Shown: positions 1 through 13,839, counted from the whole stretch's first letter. The stretch is 63,798 nt of DNA, filler included, from Collodictyon triciliatum (GCA_043381765.1; 6 parts of 6 records of this genome joined end to end with filler, not necessarily neighbours in it), one strand, 5' to 3'. A program made the numbers and translations. Notes: generated by a model not told the origin, from the letters alone.

Positions 1-1211
1 TTTCTTTTTCTTTTCTTTTTCTTTTCTTTTTCTTTTCTTTTTCTTTTCTTTTTCTTTTCTTTTTCTTTTCTTTTTCTTTTCTTTTTCTTTTCTTTTTCTT
101 TTTTCTCCCTTTTTGTAATCTATTTTTTTAATCATCTCTCCTATGTTTGATGAGTATTTTGTGTGCCGAGAGAAGTCAATCCTTCGGCAATATTTTTGGG
201 AAAATGGCAGAGATGAGAAAACCGTCTTGCAAATGATAGTTGCATCTTCACATAACGGGTTGTGGTAAGCAGACAGAGTTTTGGATGTGATGTATCTGTC
301 GGATGACAATTTAGCAAAGGGATTGTTGAGAGCGATTACTGTGTGCGCCGACCCATCACCCGATATTGTCCAGCCAGCACATTCTGTGTGAGAACATACC
401 AACCTACGGGCATCGAAACACATGCAAGACCGGCTCACGCACCAGATATTCGGGACGTCGTAGAAGTGACAATCTGTGCGATTCACAGCCATCACGCGAC
501 CAGATATATCAGCACACCCAACAACCATTGCGTGTAATATCTCGTGTAATTCAGGCGTGTAATTGCCTGATGAGGCTTGTCTTCGGCCCTTTTGATTTTA
601 CATTTCGTGTTTGATTGGTGCACTTGGCCCACTTCTTCAATATGGTTAACATAGCAAAATGGGGCCATCCGGCTACAAAATCTGCACTAAACCATCATCG
701 CCTGTTTAGGATATAAAAAAATGATGTAATATTAGCCGGGTTGTTTTGTTTTCTTGGGAGGGATTTGCTTGCGAATTGGTAGGATTGACAGAAACGAGGA
801 TGTTGCGATAACTTAGCGATGTGCGCTATGGCATGCTATTATAATAAGGAATTTGCTATCAATTAGCCAAACTATCTTAAACTGGAATAGGGTGCAAAGG
901 TGTAATCTGTCATATCTTGGCCTTCCACAAGAAAAAAATGGTTGGTCGAGACACAAGCAAGGCTTTCACTGATTATTAAGCTTGTGTGCCAGGTTTATTA
1001 AGGTATGTAAACTACTCCCATAAATCTCAATCAACTTGGTTGTTAGGTATCTACCCTTGGAATCAACGGTTCGAGTTGGGATGAACTGTGATTTTCTTTC
1101 TGGTTCTGTGGTTATTTGGGGTAGGAAAACCGACATGGCGAAATCGTTTTGAAACAAAATAATCACTTGTCTTCTCAATAGAGAATGGAAGAATATGGGG
1201 GTTTCTATGGT

Positions 1212-4200
1212 TTATTGAGCCACTTCATTTCCCTCAAGGACTGGGAGGTGTTCGGGGAAGAACGAAGGGTTCAACAACTCACGAGCAGCATCCAGACTAC
1301 CGTTGTTGGGGAATGGCTCTAGGTTCATGATGGCGGAAATCATCGGGTAGACGTTTATATTCTGGAACACACCGTCGACAAAGGTGGCATTTTTGAATGC
1401 GGGGCCACGAACCAAGAATGAGCCTTGCATGTCGATGAAGCTGTTGTCGTATCCGTGGCTGAATGTTTGGTAAATTCTCATTACAAAACAGTAGCAATTG
1501 TTCGGACACGAAATTTAATTAATCATTTATTATAATTTTTCATTAAGAAAAGAAAAGAAAAGAACCTCATTCGCATAAGAGTATTTAGACGTATGTATAT
1601 AATATTTTGAGGATGACTGATCATGAATGGGTTAAGCGGGTATACCTTCCTTTGTCTGGGTCAGAATCAGCTTTTCTCAAGACAGCTGTGTATCCAGGGT
1701 CAAGTCTACATATGATGGGTTGAATACGAACATTGTTTTGGTAGTGGTATTGCGTTGGTATGTCGTCCTTAAGCCAGCATGTCATATTCGGGTGTGCATT
1801 TGTGAGGTTCTTGAATAAACATATTGTAAGTATTTGTTTATTTTGTTCATATCACTAAGTCAGGGGGGGGATAGCGATTTAAATGCAAGGTTAAAGCAAT
1901 TTTGAGCAATATTGGGATGTTTTTTTTTCCTTTATTCAGCAATATTGGGATGTTAAAGTATCAAGAGAAAGGTATGAAAAGGATTGAGTTGGACGTTTGC
2001 TGATGTAGACATGCTTATTGCCAGGAAAATTACAAATGAAAAATTTAGTACATACAGCGTATATCAAATTCAAGTCGGCAGGATCCCTAGGACGAATAGA
2101 CACAACGATGGATTTATCAACAACCTAAGGGTGAATATATTGATTGTAGATCTAGTGAGAAATGAAGAGTTAAAAAAAAAAATCGATTAGGAAAATAACC
2201 ATATGCATTATGAAAATCAACCTCCGCACGGTTTAAGTCAATAATATCTTCTAGGACAATCTTTTCACTTTGAGGCTGCATTGTTGTCATTCCGTGGTCA
2301 GCAGTGATGATTATATTAACCTTGTTGTATATGTTGCGAGACTTCAAACCAGCTATCAAACTGGCTCTGTTAGTGAGGTTGATATTAGAAATCAGCTCGC
2401 TATCGTATATACAAATGCTATGTTGGTATATAGTTTATGGAATAATTGAAAACAATACCAGGTAAATGCATATTATCATTTGAAATATAAATGCTTTTTT
2501 TTCATAATAAGACGGGTAAGTTTTATTTTTTTTCCATTGAAAATGAAAAGGATATAGAAAAAAAGGATTAAACAGGAAGTTAAATTAGAATTAAAAAAAA
2601 AACGATGGTGTGGCTAAGGATTGAATATAAAGCAATACAAACATCGCATCGTCAACATCTTTCAAGGCATTTTTCACTTCAGAAGACATCGGTCCAAATC
2701 CTATGCAAGAAGAGATTAATGAAGTTCATAAATAAGCCAGGGAAATAGCAAGGATGATGTATTGGATGGTTTATAATTTTCAATCCACAAACCGTGGCCC
2801 ATACTATCTACACTTTCAAAGTATGTAAGGATAATTTTGGGGCGCCTCTCAGTAGGCAAATCGAGCCAGTAAAGGACTTTGTTTACTCGATCAGGATAAG
2901 AGACGGATTGGTTGTAAGTCTCGTAGTATGTAGGACGATGTCCACGAATTTCGGCCTCAGAACCAGGCCAAAAGTAGCATGCAGATATCTGACCTTGTCT
3001 CTCGGCCGTGACCCAAATGGGTTCAGCTGCTTCCCACCATTTTCCATTTGTAACAGCATCGGGGTTACGTATCTTTAATAATGAAAAAAATAATCATATT
3101 AATATGTAGCAGAAGATAAGAAAAAAAGAAAAAAAAGGCGAACAAAAAAAATAAAATAAAATAGGAAGAGCAAAAATATAAATGAAATTTTCTCACAGTA
3201 AAGTATCCCAGCTCAGGGTCGTACATAGTGTTTGAAACAATTCCGTGGGATTCTGCGTACATACCCGTGACAAGGGTGTAGTGATTGGGGAATGTCTTTG
3301 AACTAGATATGAATGTACGAAGATAAAAATAAGAGGACATAAAGGAGACCATATCTGATTTATGCTTTGGCAAGATTTATACACAACGATTATTATGAAA
3401 TGCACTGAATATTGAAACTTTAAATCATCGAGGTGATATGATTTGGTTATGAGAACATGAATTATGCTAACGGTAGATATTAGCATTTATAAACAAAAAT
3501 TACAAAATCTCAAACTAAAATTAAAATATCAACGCTATGTCTGAGAGAAGAAAAATGTGCACCCATGGGAATTTGGTGGATCTTCGCTTGGATAAATTAA
3601 ATAAAGAAAAAGAAAAAAGAAGAATGCGACAGAGGAAGTGAACGGATTGGGAGCAAAGGGGTACATGACGAACGAAAAATCAAAGGGAATGCGACATCAA
3701 CAGATAGTAGATATAGATATAGAAACATAGGTTGAGTGAAAGGATAGTATGATAGGCTTCAGAACATTTGGTAGTAGATTACATAAAGACAGGCTGCAGA
3801 TGTTCGACCCGAGTACCCTCCAGAGCAAAAGCTTGTATATTTGGAGCACCATGCAATTCGAGATAGTCGTGTCTGAAGCCATCGATGGATATCATAATGA
3901 CTGCGGTCTGCGTACGCATCACACACAAATTTCAGCCAACGATCGAAAAGAAAAGAAGCGAACCATAACGACAAGCATACTAATGAGCATGAGCATACAA
4001 AAACATGAAAACGAAAAAACAAAAAAAACAAAAAAAAGGCGAAAGGGAGAATAGCGCGAGATTTGGAAGGATCACGGGTGTCGGCAGACTGACATCAAAG
4101 GGAGCGGCGGGCTTCTCGGTGCTGCCGTCGGCATCGTCGTCGTCGTCGTCGTTGGAGGTGGCAACAACAACGCTCACAACAACCACAGTGACGACAACGA

Positions 4201-4409
4201 CGAGGGAAAGGGCGAGCAGGATCCGCTTCATGCGGCCCGTCGGTGCGGTCCCGTCGGCACGCGTTTCCTGCAGGGGCGTTGAGTATGCAGTGAGATGTGG
4301 CTGGAATGTGGCTGGGTTGTGGCAGGGGTGTGGCTGGGTTGTGGCAGAGGTGTGGCTGGATTGTGGCACGTACGGACGGCGGGAGGAGGGAGGTCTCTTC
4401 GGCAAGCAT
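1212..4409 (-). CDS. Ectonucleotide pyrophosphatase/phosphodiesterase (ENPP / type I phosphodiesterase family), type II membrane protein, multi-exon
   Basis: Stitched exons: [18 protein letters not shown]...[14 protein letters not shown] (TM anchor), [38 protein letters not shown] (catalytic Thr), [29 protein letters not shown]...PNNGS. GT-AG introns. Start exon inferred from phase match. Confidence 0.92.
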
Positions 4410-4632
4410 CGGCTCGGTCGGCTTGGTCGCGTGGTCGTTCGGTGGGATTGTGATCGCTCTGCGCGTGCAGATTCATCCAACCCGACCACCAGATAATTCC
4501 CACCGGGCGCGGCTGTCTTCCAGAAACGTCCTGGGCGAGGCACGCAAGGGGCGAAGGGGGTGCGTTTGTGTGTGTTTATTACGCGGGGTAGAGTACAGGC
4601 GGGGAGGCAGGGGCAGGGGCAGGGGCAGGGGT

Positions 4633-6341
4633 CTACCGGGCCTCGGGCGGGGTGGAGGCAGCAACGGCGACGGTGGGCTGCTGATCGTCCTTCTCCCGCT
4701 TCATCTTCTTTGCGTACTGCAGCCCGCACGCGTTGCACAGCCTGTGTTTGGATGATGACATGATGACGTGGTGGCATGATGACGTGATTGGGGTGGTTGG
4801 TTTGATCGGATGGTTGCATGCGCGCGGAGAGACTCACGTCTTTGCGCCGTTGGGGCCCTTGCGCCACTCGGGCGTCTCCGTGGTGGAGCACTGCTCGCAG
4901 CTCAGCCCCAGCTCGTTCATCCGGCGGATGCGGCGGCGCTGTGAGTGGGTGAGTGAGTGGGTGAGTGAGTAGGCGAGTGAGAGGGCACGTTTGTCCATAC
5001 CTTTTTGAGATACGCGCTGTCCACCTCGTGGGGTGCCCCGGTGCCTGGTGCGGGGGCTCCCGCCACATGGAAGAGCATGGCGGGCGGCTTTGGCGGGGGT
5101 GTCTGCATCTGCATTGGCATCGGCATGGGCATCTGCATCTGCATCGGGATCTGCACTTGCATGTGCAGCGGCATCTGCATCGGTATGTGCATGGGCATGG
5201 GCATGGGCATCTGCATCTGCAGGGGCAGCGGGTACGGCATGTGCACGGGCAGCTGCATCTGGTACGGCAGCGCCATCGGCATCTGGAAGGGGATCGGCAC
5301 CGACAGGTGTGTCTGCGGCTGGTGCTGCTGCTGGTGCAGGTACAGCGGGATCCCCGATGCGGGGAGGAAGGCCCCTGCGTACGGGTGCCCATGGACTGCC
5401 CCCTGTGGCTGTGGCTGTGGTTGCGGCTGTGGTTGTGGGCAGAGGGTTGAAACTGGCGGGAGGAGTGGCTGTGGCTGTGGCTGTGGCTGTGGCAGGAGTG
5501 GTGTCCCTGTGATTGCGCTGCGTGCAAAGGGCAGGGGTGCCAGGTCGCCGCCCAGCCCCTCAGCTGTGGTTGTGGGACATTGTGGCTGTGGCTGTGGCTG
5601 TGGCTGTGGTTGCCCCTTGGCGTCCTTGAGCGCAGCCTCCAGGGAGGACCCCAGCTCGATGAAGGTCATGTAGCTCTTGATGGCATCGGGCCTGCGAAGT
5701 GTGGCGCTCTTTGCCTTTTCCAGCTGACGCAGAAGAGTGTCTGCAAAGTCAGTTACCTGCAGAGGAGCGCGGGTGGTGATCAGAGTCATTCCGACGGGAG
5801 ATTAAAGGGTGGGAGTGTGAGGGTGAGAGAGAGAGGGAGAGGCCTACGCGGAGCCAGTTTTCTCGGCTGCCAGAGGCGCGGTGAGGGGCGGCTTCGGACT
5901 CTGTGTAGGTCTTTGTGCTGAGGGTGGTCTTGGCAGGCTCTGTTCCTGCAAGGGAGGGGCCGTGTGTGATGGCTGGCAGTGCCATTTGGGCTCTTTGTTG
6001 CGGGATTCTGCGACGGGTGTTTGTTGTTTAGTTTGGCCTCCCTGCATCGGTCCGTGCGGCTTTGTAGCCTGCTTTTCTTTTTCTTCTTGTCCAGACCGGT
6101 TTGAACAAAGAAAAAAAAACTAGGGTGCTGGACACCGACTTCAACCCAGCGTCCTGGGTGGTTTGGATGACTTCTCGGGCCCTCGTCTCACTCAACCGCC
6201 TGCTCTGCTTCCACTCGCTCGGCAGAGCCTGTGATCAACCTCGGGTCGTTGTTGAGGGGGACTGAGCGACCGAGTGATTGCCTGTTGCATTCGGTGGTGA
6301 TTTGTTCCTTCTATATCGCGGCTATGATCTTCTCTCGCCAT
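4633..6341 (-). CDS. GATA-type zinc finger transcription factor (CX2CX18CX2C) with P/Q/M-rich low-complexity region
   Basis: Exons 4838-4938 and 4633-4741 splice in phase 2 to [36 protein letters not shown]. The upstream exon (~5001-5756) is PQ/MP-rich. 5' exons and start are uncertain. The finger is absent from the ORF track because it is split. Confidence 0.88.
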
Positions 6342-7295
6342 TATGATTGCCGTGGGGCGATTGGGAGATTTGGGGTTGTGGGTGCGATTCCTTCGGTTTT
6401 CTCTGGGTGCTCTTCTTACCCAACAACGATTTCGCAAAAATGATGGACAAATGAAGCAAGGAACCGATTTAATCCCAATGACGCAGATGAAATTGAGCGA
6501 TTTCTTTCGCACATATCCATATACGGACATGTCGATCTTCTGTGGTGCATTTGATCGGAAATATGTGGTTCATCTGGGCTTCTCCTCAGTAATTTTTTAA
6601 AAATATATATAATTATATATTAATGTATGATATCTATTGTTTTATGTAATTGTATTGGTATTGAGACTAATAATATAAAAATATAAATTTATTCCACTAA
6701 TAATTTTTATTTATGGATTTTATAGAATATAATTATAAAAGACAGCAATTTATTATTTTATTACAATAAAAATGTCCAATAGTTATTATAAAACATATTT
6801 TTATACCAAAACATGATAGAAATCATCTCTACAATCCCACGCACACGTATCATAAGTTTTTCCCAAAAAAAAGAAAGCACTGCGCTGCAATATTCCCAAG
6901 CTATGGCCTCTTCGTGAAGATGGATCCTCTCCCGAGATCCTCACCTGAGACTCCCGATCAATCCCTCGGGTTGCTCTGTGCCCCAAATATTCTTACTCTC
7001 CATTCGATTCATTTTTCCTGCGAAGCTGTCCTTTGTAGCTTGGAATCAAAACTGACCCAACTCTTCACTCCTCCGCCCTATGTGGCTTTTGGTTGCGATC
7101 AGTCCTTTTTTTTTCCTTTAATTTCTTTCTCATCTTACTTGTGTGCAGTGAGATCACGGCAAGAATCTTCCTTCCGCTGCTTAGTTTATCCTTTTTTTTT
7201 CTCAATACGAAGAGATCCCGCCGAATAACATCCTCTGAAGGACAAACCATTCAAATGCTAAGCATCCTCCCAGTATTTAGGCCCTTTTGTTTCAG

Positions 7296-9587
7296 ATGGG
7301 TTGCTGCGAAAGTACACCACAGCCAAACAAACCTCAGCAGCCATCTGCTACGAGTGCATTCTTTAAAGATCGCTTCGAGTCGTTAGAGGAAGTCCAGAAC
7401 GCTCTACAGAAAGCTGGGTTGGAGAGCTCCAATCTCATCGTTGGTGTGGATTTTACAAAGGTAATAATGCCAACAAGCAAGTGTGACTTCACCTATTTTA
7501 AACAGACTCATCCCTTTTTCACCCTTCTCCTTCACCTCTTTCCTTTTTTCCTTTTTCCCTTTTTCCCTTTTTCCCTTTTTCCCTTTTTCCCTTTTTCCCT
7601 TTTTCCCTTTTCCCCTTTTTCCCTTTTTCCCTTTTTCCCTTTTTCCCTTTTTCCCTTTTTCCTTATTTCCTTCCAACTTTCTTGCACTTTAATAATCATT
7701 TACAGCTCTTGTTACTCGCTTTCAATCTAAACAAATTGTTCTTCCCATCAAAAAATTTGAACTAAGAAGAGACAAAAATTGATGTCATGGCAACTCTACT
7801 CAAATAAAACAGAGCAATACATGGACTGGAAAGCAAACATTTGGTGGAAAGTCTCTTCATTTTATTGGTCAATCTGAACAAATGAATCCATATGAACATG
7901 TATGATATGGTTTCTTTGATTCTACTCTTTTTACTTCAAACTCACTATATTTATATCCATATGATGTTCTACAACCTTAAGCATATGCAACTGTTCAGTT
8001 TTTAAGAACATGCTTGAATGCATGGCAATACCCTCAAACAATATATATACTAAAACAGCGTTTTTTTTTTTAAATTAATAGAAACATTCATGCTTACATT
8101 GAGGCTAATAAATCAATTTATGCAAAAGGCCATCGACATCCTCGGGCGTACCCTTAGCGTGTTTGATGATGACCAATTAATTCCAGCATATGGTTTCGGG
8201 GATGCCTCTACTGGTGATCGAGCCGGTATGATAGTTTTTACAGTCGAACTAAACCTTTGACTCTTGACGTTGACATAAATGCCATCATTTTTTTTATATA
8301 TCTAACCAATAATACCATATATTCCCTCAGTTTTCTCATTTAACCAAGGAGATCGTCCCTGCCAGGGTTTCCAGGTACTGATTTAACTTCTTTCATAAAA
8401 TGACTATCTCAAATCACATAGATATTAAAGTATTTCTTCACTGATTAAAGGGAAGCTTTAGATGAATTAATTATGATAATATGGTGCAGGAAGTATTAGG
8501 AAGATACAGGCAACTAGCGACTTCTGTAAATCTGGCTGGGCCAACATCATTTGGTCCGATTATTCGACGCGCCATCGATATTGTTGATCAAACTAGAAGC
8601 TACCACATCCTATTGATTGTAGCGGACGGACAGGTAATTATATTTTTCTAAACCTGTTCAAAACATGTTGTGTATGATTTTCTGTTTTTATTGAAATAAA
8701 ATTAGGGACACCCCCGGGCGTCGTGTTTACTGGTTCTATTTACCTTATTATTCATCGTATCTCATTTAGGTGACTCGTTCTGAGGATGTGAAAGCTAGTG
8801 ACCTATCACCCCAAGAAAAGGACACAATCAATGCGATTGTTGAGGCGTCCAATTACCCCATGAGTATAATTATGGTTGGAGTTGGGGATGGCCCTTGGGA
8901 ACAAATGGAAGTTTTTGATGACAGAATTCCTCAAAGAAAGTTTGATAATTTCCAGTAAGTCTATGTGCATTAACCTCAATTGCTCTTCTATATCATTTTG
9001 AATATCCCATTTCTTCTTTTGGTGGAAAAATTTCGGGTCTTTTTTCTTGTTCATCGCACAGCCAATCATTTAAGTTGCATTTTTGATAGGTTTGTGAACT
9101 TCCATGAAAACATCTCCAAGATGTCACATGCTGCTGTACCAGTTATCGAAGCAAACTTTGCAACAAACGCTCTGATGGAAATACCCGACCAGTTCTCATA
9201 CATTAAATCTGCTGGCATACTGAGGTGAGAACAAGCAGACATGAATATTGTTTTCATATTTTTTTCTTACTCCCATCGTTTGTATGAGATATGCAATAAT
9301 GTTTTGATTTGACTATATATGGGCAGATACTCTTTGGTTATCTCATCCCCATGTAACCCTAACTTTCATTCATGCTTAGTTCTGGGAGACCAACCGGAAG
9401 AATTCGCCAGGCCCCGCTAGAGCCTTGTATTCCTAACGCTGTACCTGGATATGCTCCTCCGCAAAATGTGGTTTGTGAGCAAATCCAACATTTACATACT
9501 CTTACATATGTCTGTCTTGTATTGGGCTTTACTCAGGAGTTAATCTTATACACATTGGGTACTACTTCGACAACTCCTGAAATTTAA
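7296..9587 (+). CDS. Copine/vWA-domain protein of RGLG type, N-terminal MGCC lipidation motif, no RING seen
   Basis: MGCCES..., [68 protein letters not shown]...[18 protein letters not shown]. The 3' end is uncertain. Confidence 0.9.
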
Positions 9588-9851
9588 AAACAAACAAAAA
9601 ACAAACAAAAAAACAAACAAAAAACAAACAAAAAACAAACAAAAAAACAAACAAACAAAAAAACAAACAAACAAAAAACAAACAAAAAAACAAACAAACA
9701 AAAAACAAACAAACAAAAAACAAACAAACAAAAAACAAACAAACAAAAAACAAACAAACAAAAAACAAACAAACAAAAAAACAAACAAAAAACAAACAAA
9801 AAACAAACAAACAAAAAACAAACAAACAAACAAACAAACAAAAAACAAACA
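9586..9851. repeat. Imperfect (CAAA/CAAAAAA)n microsatellite
   Basis: Directly visible between the copine and Piezo-like genes. Confidence 0.95.
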
Positions 9852-9860
9852 GATAGCGCA

Positions 9861-12800
9861 TCACTCACACGCATACTGGGCAAGCTTTCCGTGGTGCCTC
9901 ATTAAAAATTGTCCTTGCGTATAATAAGGATAACCATAGTAGATCTTTATATTTTTTTGTATAAAAATAAAAAAATTAAGTTAAATTTAGAAAAAAAATT
10001 TGATATGATCTATTGGAACCTGGAGGGACGGCATCACAATGTAAACCAGCTCCATCAAGTACAGAATAACGAGAGCCTTGTTATCTAGTAAATGATTTAC
10101 GATAATTGACTACTCAGATAAACTTGGTGTCTTCTACTGGATTCTAAGAAATAAAGAAATAAAGAATTGCACAAAGAAATAGTGGTATAAGATAAATACA
10201 GATTTCTTACCCCTATATGAAACCAACGAGCTCGAAGGCGCAGAATATAAAAGGAGCCAGTGGATTGATATAGCGTGAACAATAAGCAGAATAAATTTCA
10301 TTCTAAAAAGAAACATGAAATATATATTTAGACTTCTGTTCATTTTGGACATAAACAATTGTAGACAGAAAATTACACACAGCGGGCAGATTTACCTGAT
10401 GGACCTTTTCAGATAGATGTATCTATCGACGATGATCAAAATGAATTGCAAAATCAAAACAGCAACGAATTCTCCAGAGATGATGTTGGTTGAAATAACC
10501 TAGGATACAAAAATTTAGTAATTTAGTTAAACTCCTCAAAAATAATTATACAGATTATGATAGAGCAACCAGCGGCAATGGCTGGATACACGGTTTCTTT
10601 TTTATCACTTTTTTGGAAATATAAAACATTCTATTGATTGAAATTATCATGAAATACGCATATATGTTTAAAAAATCTGCTAATTACATCTGAAAGCCCT
10701 TGGTAAACCTGTCCGACAATCTGGTTGTAGAAGAATGCCATATAGAAAAATGTAATCACCTCTATAATTACAGTATCCTTATGAGACCAAATATGTTTTG
10801 CATATTGCTGTAATGAAACGAAAGGCAAAAATAATGATATTTCATAATAAATCCACACCAATCATAAAGAGGGTCACGTATAAGTCCGTTCCTTTCTTGC
10901 AGTTAAAATCTGATACTTGGAAAAAGAAAAGTTTGGTTTCGCGTTTGATGCGGTCCACAATCGACCTATTTTTCAAATAGAATGTTCGATTGAATGACAT
11001 GCCCTTTCCACCTATTATGTTTCCGCTCATATGATAACATATCTTAAATCATTCATATATGCATTTTGGATGCAATACAATCAATCAGATATGGCTGGGT
11101 ACATTTGGTTGGTATCATTTCCATTTTGAATAGGAGGCTCTTTAGCAAGGGATGATTCGTCTCCGATTTCGCTTGAGTCAGACACAACATCACGCTCACG
11201 CGATAGCTTCAGTTCATTTTTGCGAGTTTGTACCCATTCGTTGTAAAAGGCGCATAATCGCCATGTACCCTGGAAATATATACGAAATATGATTTTCAGG
11301 AGAATATATAACAAACTATAATTGACAAACCTATGAATCAAGTAGTGGAGGAAACCATAATTGATAAATAATATCAAAATGAAAGTTGTAGATGATGGAT
11401 TAAAGAAACAAAGAAACAAAGAAACAAAGAAACAAAGAAACCAACCAAGTTATCCATGTTAGCTCTGTGCGCAAGAATTGAAAGGACAAGAGCAAAGTCA
11501 AAAAAGGCAGACCAAAAGAAATCGTGGGTGAGTTTGTAGATGCCAACCAGGTATGGAGTTTGAATGTATCGAAGAAGCTTTTATTAACATAGTCGCCTGG
11601 TTAGTAAAATGATAATATGTGATAATAGTAAGTATATGATGAGTTGATTTATGGAGAAAAATGCATTAATATTTACGAAATTAAAAATCAAAGTAGTGAG
11701 TTCATTATAGTGGCTATATCACCTCAAGTTCGTCAGAAACTATCCTACATGTAGTCGAATGGCACGTTGGCTGTAAGCTAATTTGATTATTATTTTTTAA
11801 AAAAAGAAAAGATAAAATGAAAAGGTTAAATCTGGCAGGTAAATTCAGAAGTATAATATATTCCTATCATGAATCAATCAAAGATGCAGGATAAACATAT
11901 CACATACAGATACAGATACAGATACAGATACAGATACAGATACAGATACAGATACAGATACAGATACAGATACAGATACAGATACAGATACAGATACAGA
12001 TACAGATACAGATATAGAAGTAAATAACTCAGCGATACCAAGCACAAATCGATACAATTCATTAAAAAATTTTTTTTGTGAATTAATGCAGTAATTTAAA
12101 CTTCTTCCCCCTTTATTCGTAGCAAAGTAAACATAAAATAGCCCGTCAATACCTGTATGATATTTGCTCAGAGTAACAAAAGCAGAATCCTTCGAACTGG
12201 AACAGATACTTCATTATCAGGACCAGTTCTACGTATATCATATATGCTTCCCAAGACGCCTATTATTACAGAGTAAAACGTAACAAGGTATAGCTGAGAC
12301 GACTTAAAGGAAATATACATTATAGCTTTCATGGATTCAAATAATAATAATAATAAAAAAGATGGGAGAGAGAGAGAGCAATAAGAATAAAATTAGAATA
12401 CAATAAAAAATGAATAGCAATCATGCCCCACAGTTTTGTAAATCACTACTAAAATACCTTTCTCGACATGGGGTATTCAACGCGAAGAATGAGCAGCACA
12501 TACAAAACTGACACACTTGATACGAAATTTGCATTAACCTATACCAAATGGTAGAGTCTGCTTATAAAGCCATCTTAAGTAGGATAAAACTACTATTATA
12601 AATAAATAAAAAAAGAAAAAATTAAAATTAAACACAAAATTATCCCGGTGGAAATTTTCATAGATATGTATGTATAGCCGCCCAGACCACAGCGTTGAGT
12701 AGAGCAAAAAAGAAGACGATATTGTGTGTATTCTGACGAATAACTATTGGGGACTAGAGTTAGCAAGCTAATGTGGAGGCTTTAATTCAGGAATGCCAAA

Positions 12801-13124
12801 ATGCTAATGAAAAAAATCATTCTGTAATTTAAGTTCGGTTGCAAATTATGATTACCTTGGTAGGCAAAATTGATACTATTTTCATGGAAAGGATCTATAA
12901 TACATGGCAAGTCAATTATTGCAACTCCAAACACTTACATCTCTTATTATATATATATTTCTTACTGAAGATATGAACATATACTTACTGGACATTCTTA
13001 GCTCTAAAAGGTATAGTATCGGTTTTTGCATCAACAAGCGTTTGAAAATAGAGACGATGATGACGGCAGCTGGATAAATGCGCTCGCGGTAAAAATTGAT
13101 CAATTTCAACTTAATCGCATTTTC
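9861..13124 (-). CDS. Piezo-like mechanosensitive channel, partial (last blade repeats up to the start of the anchor region)
   Basis: Exon peptides WEAYMIYVELVLIMKYLFQF, DFALVLSILAHRANMDNLGTW, KGTDLYVTLF, FVAVLILQFILIIVDRYIYL and LQ|IYYGYPYYTQGQFL match Piezo motifs in the correct order. 5' side is cut by a spacer; 3' side ends at a microsatellite. Confidence 0.78.
11905..12012. repeat. (ACAGAT)n intronic microsatellite
   Basis: Directly visible. Confidence 0.95.
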
Positions 13125-13133
13125 CTGACCCAA

Positions 13134-13164
<31 letters not shown>

Positions 13165-13256
13165 AATTTATTAAATTTAGTTAATTTTAATATTTTAAAA
13201 AAAAATTTTTTTNNNNNNNNNNNNNNNNNNNNNNNNNNNNNNNNNNNNNNNNNNNN

Positions 13257-13268
13257 TTAATTAATTAA
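13257..13268. other. Artificial assembly spacer N-TTAATTAATTAA-N (also at 27666, 42055, 56459, 62644)
   Basis: The identical 12-mer, with stops in all six frames, is centred in a 100-nt N block five times. Confidence 0.95.
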
Positions 13269-13312
13269 NNNNNNNNNNNNNNNNNNNNNNNNNNNNNNNN
13301 NNNNNNNNNNNN

Positions 13313-13410
<98 letters not shown>

Positions 13411-13839
13411 ACAAATAACAAAAAAAAAAAATAACAAAAAAAAACTTGAAAGGGCATTACGATAACTGTGACCATTTGGTCTGCAGTCAGGTGCGAGTTT
13501 GGAAGCTCATCACTCTCGCTCTGCTCCGTGGCAGACATTTTTGGCGTTGGTTGTGTGTCTTTGCGAAGGAAAAGTTAGTCTCAGCCTTGTTTGCTGGCGA
13601 TGAGTAAGACGGAGGAGAGTTTGAAAGGGTTGAGTCTTTCAATCTGCTTTCCTTTACTATCATGCAGAAGTCGATTTGTGATCTTGCTCCACAGACTACT
13701 TCCTTTGTGGGCTGGCTTCTGTGTCTCTGCCTTCGTTGGATTTTCTCTCGCGGCTCAGCGGACTGCGATTCTGGGCAGATTCAAAACCCAGCCAAGATTA
13801 AAAAAATTAATTTCCACAATTGAATTCTGTATTCAACCG

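Noticed and set aside
3980-5527. 515-aa minus-strand ORF
   Set aside because: It runs off-frame through GC-rich introns and exons of two genes; only the ENPP transmembrane exon is real.
5005-5673. Cys/Gly-rich 222-aa plus-strand ORF resembling metallothionein or keratin-associated protein
   Set aside because: It is the antisense reading of the (QP)n/(MP)n tracts of the GATA gene.
9546-9883. Hydrophobic FVCL-repeat, poly-K, poly-V, poly-I and NIT-repeat ORFs here and elsewhere
   Set aside because: Translations of microsatellites.
13213-13312. Recurrent palindrome TTAATTAATTAA as a biological site
   Set aside because: Always centred in N blocks; an artificial six-frame stop linker.
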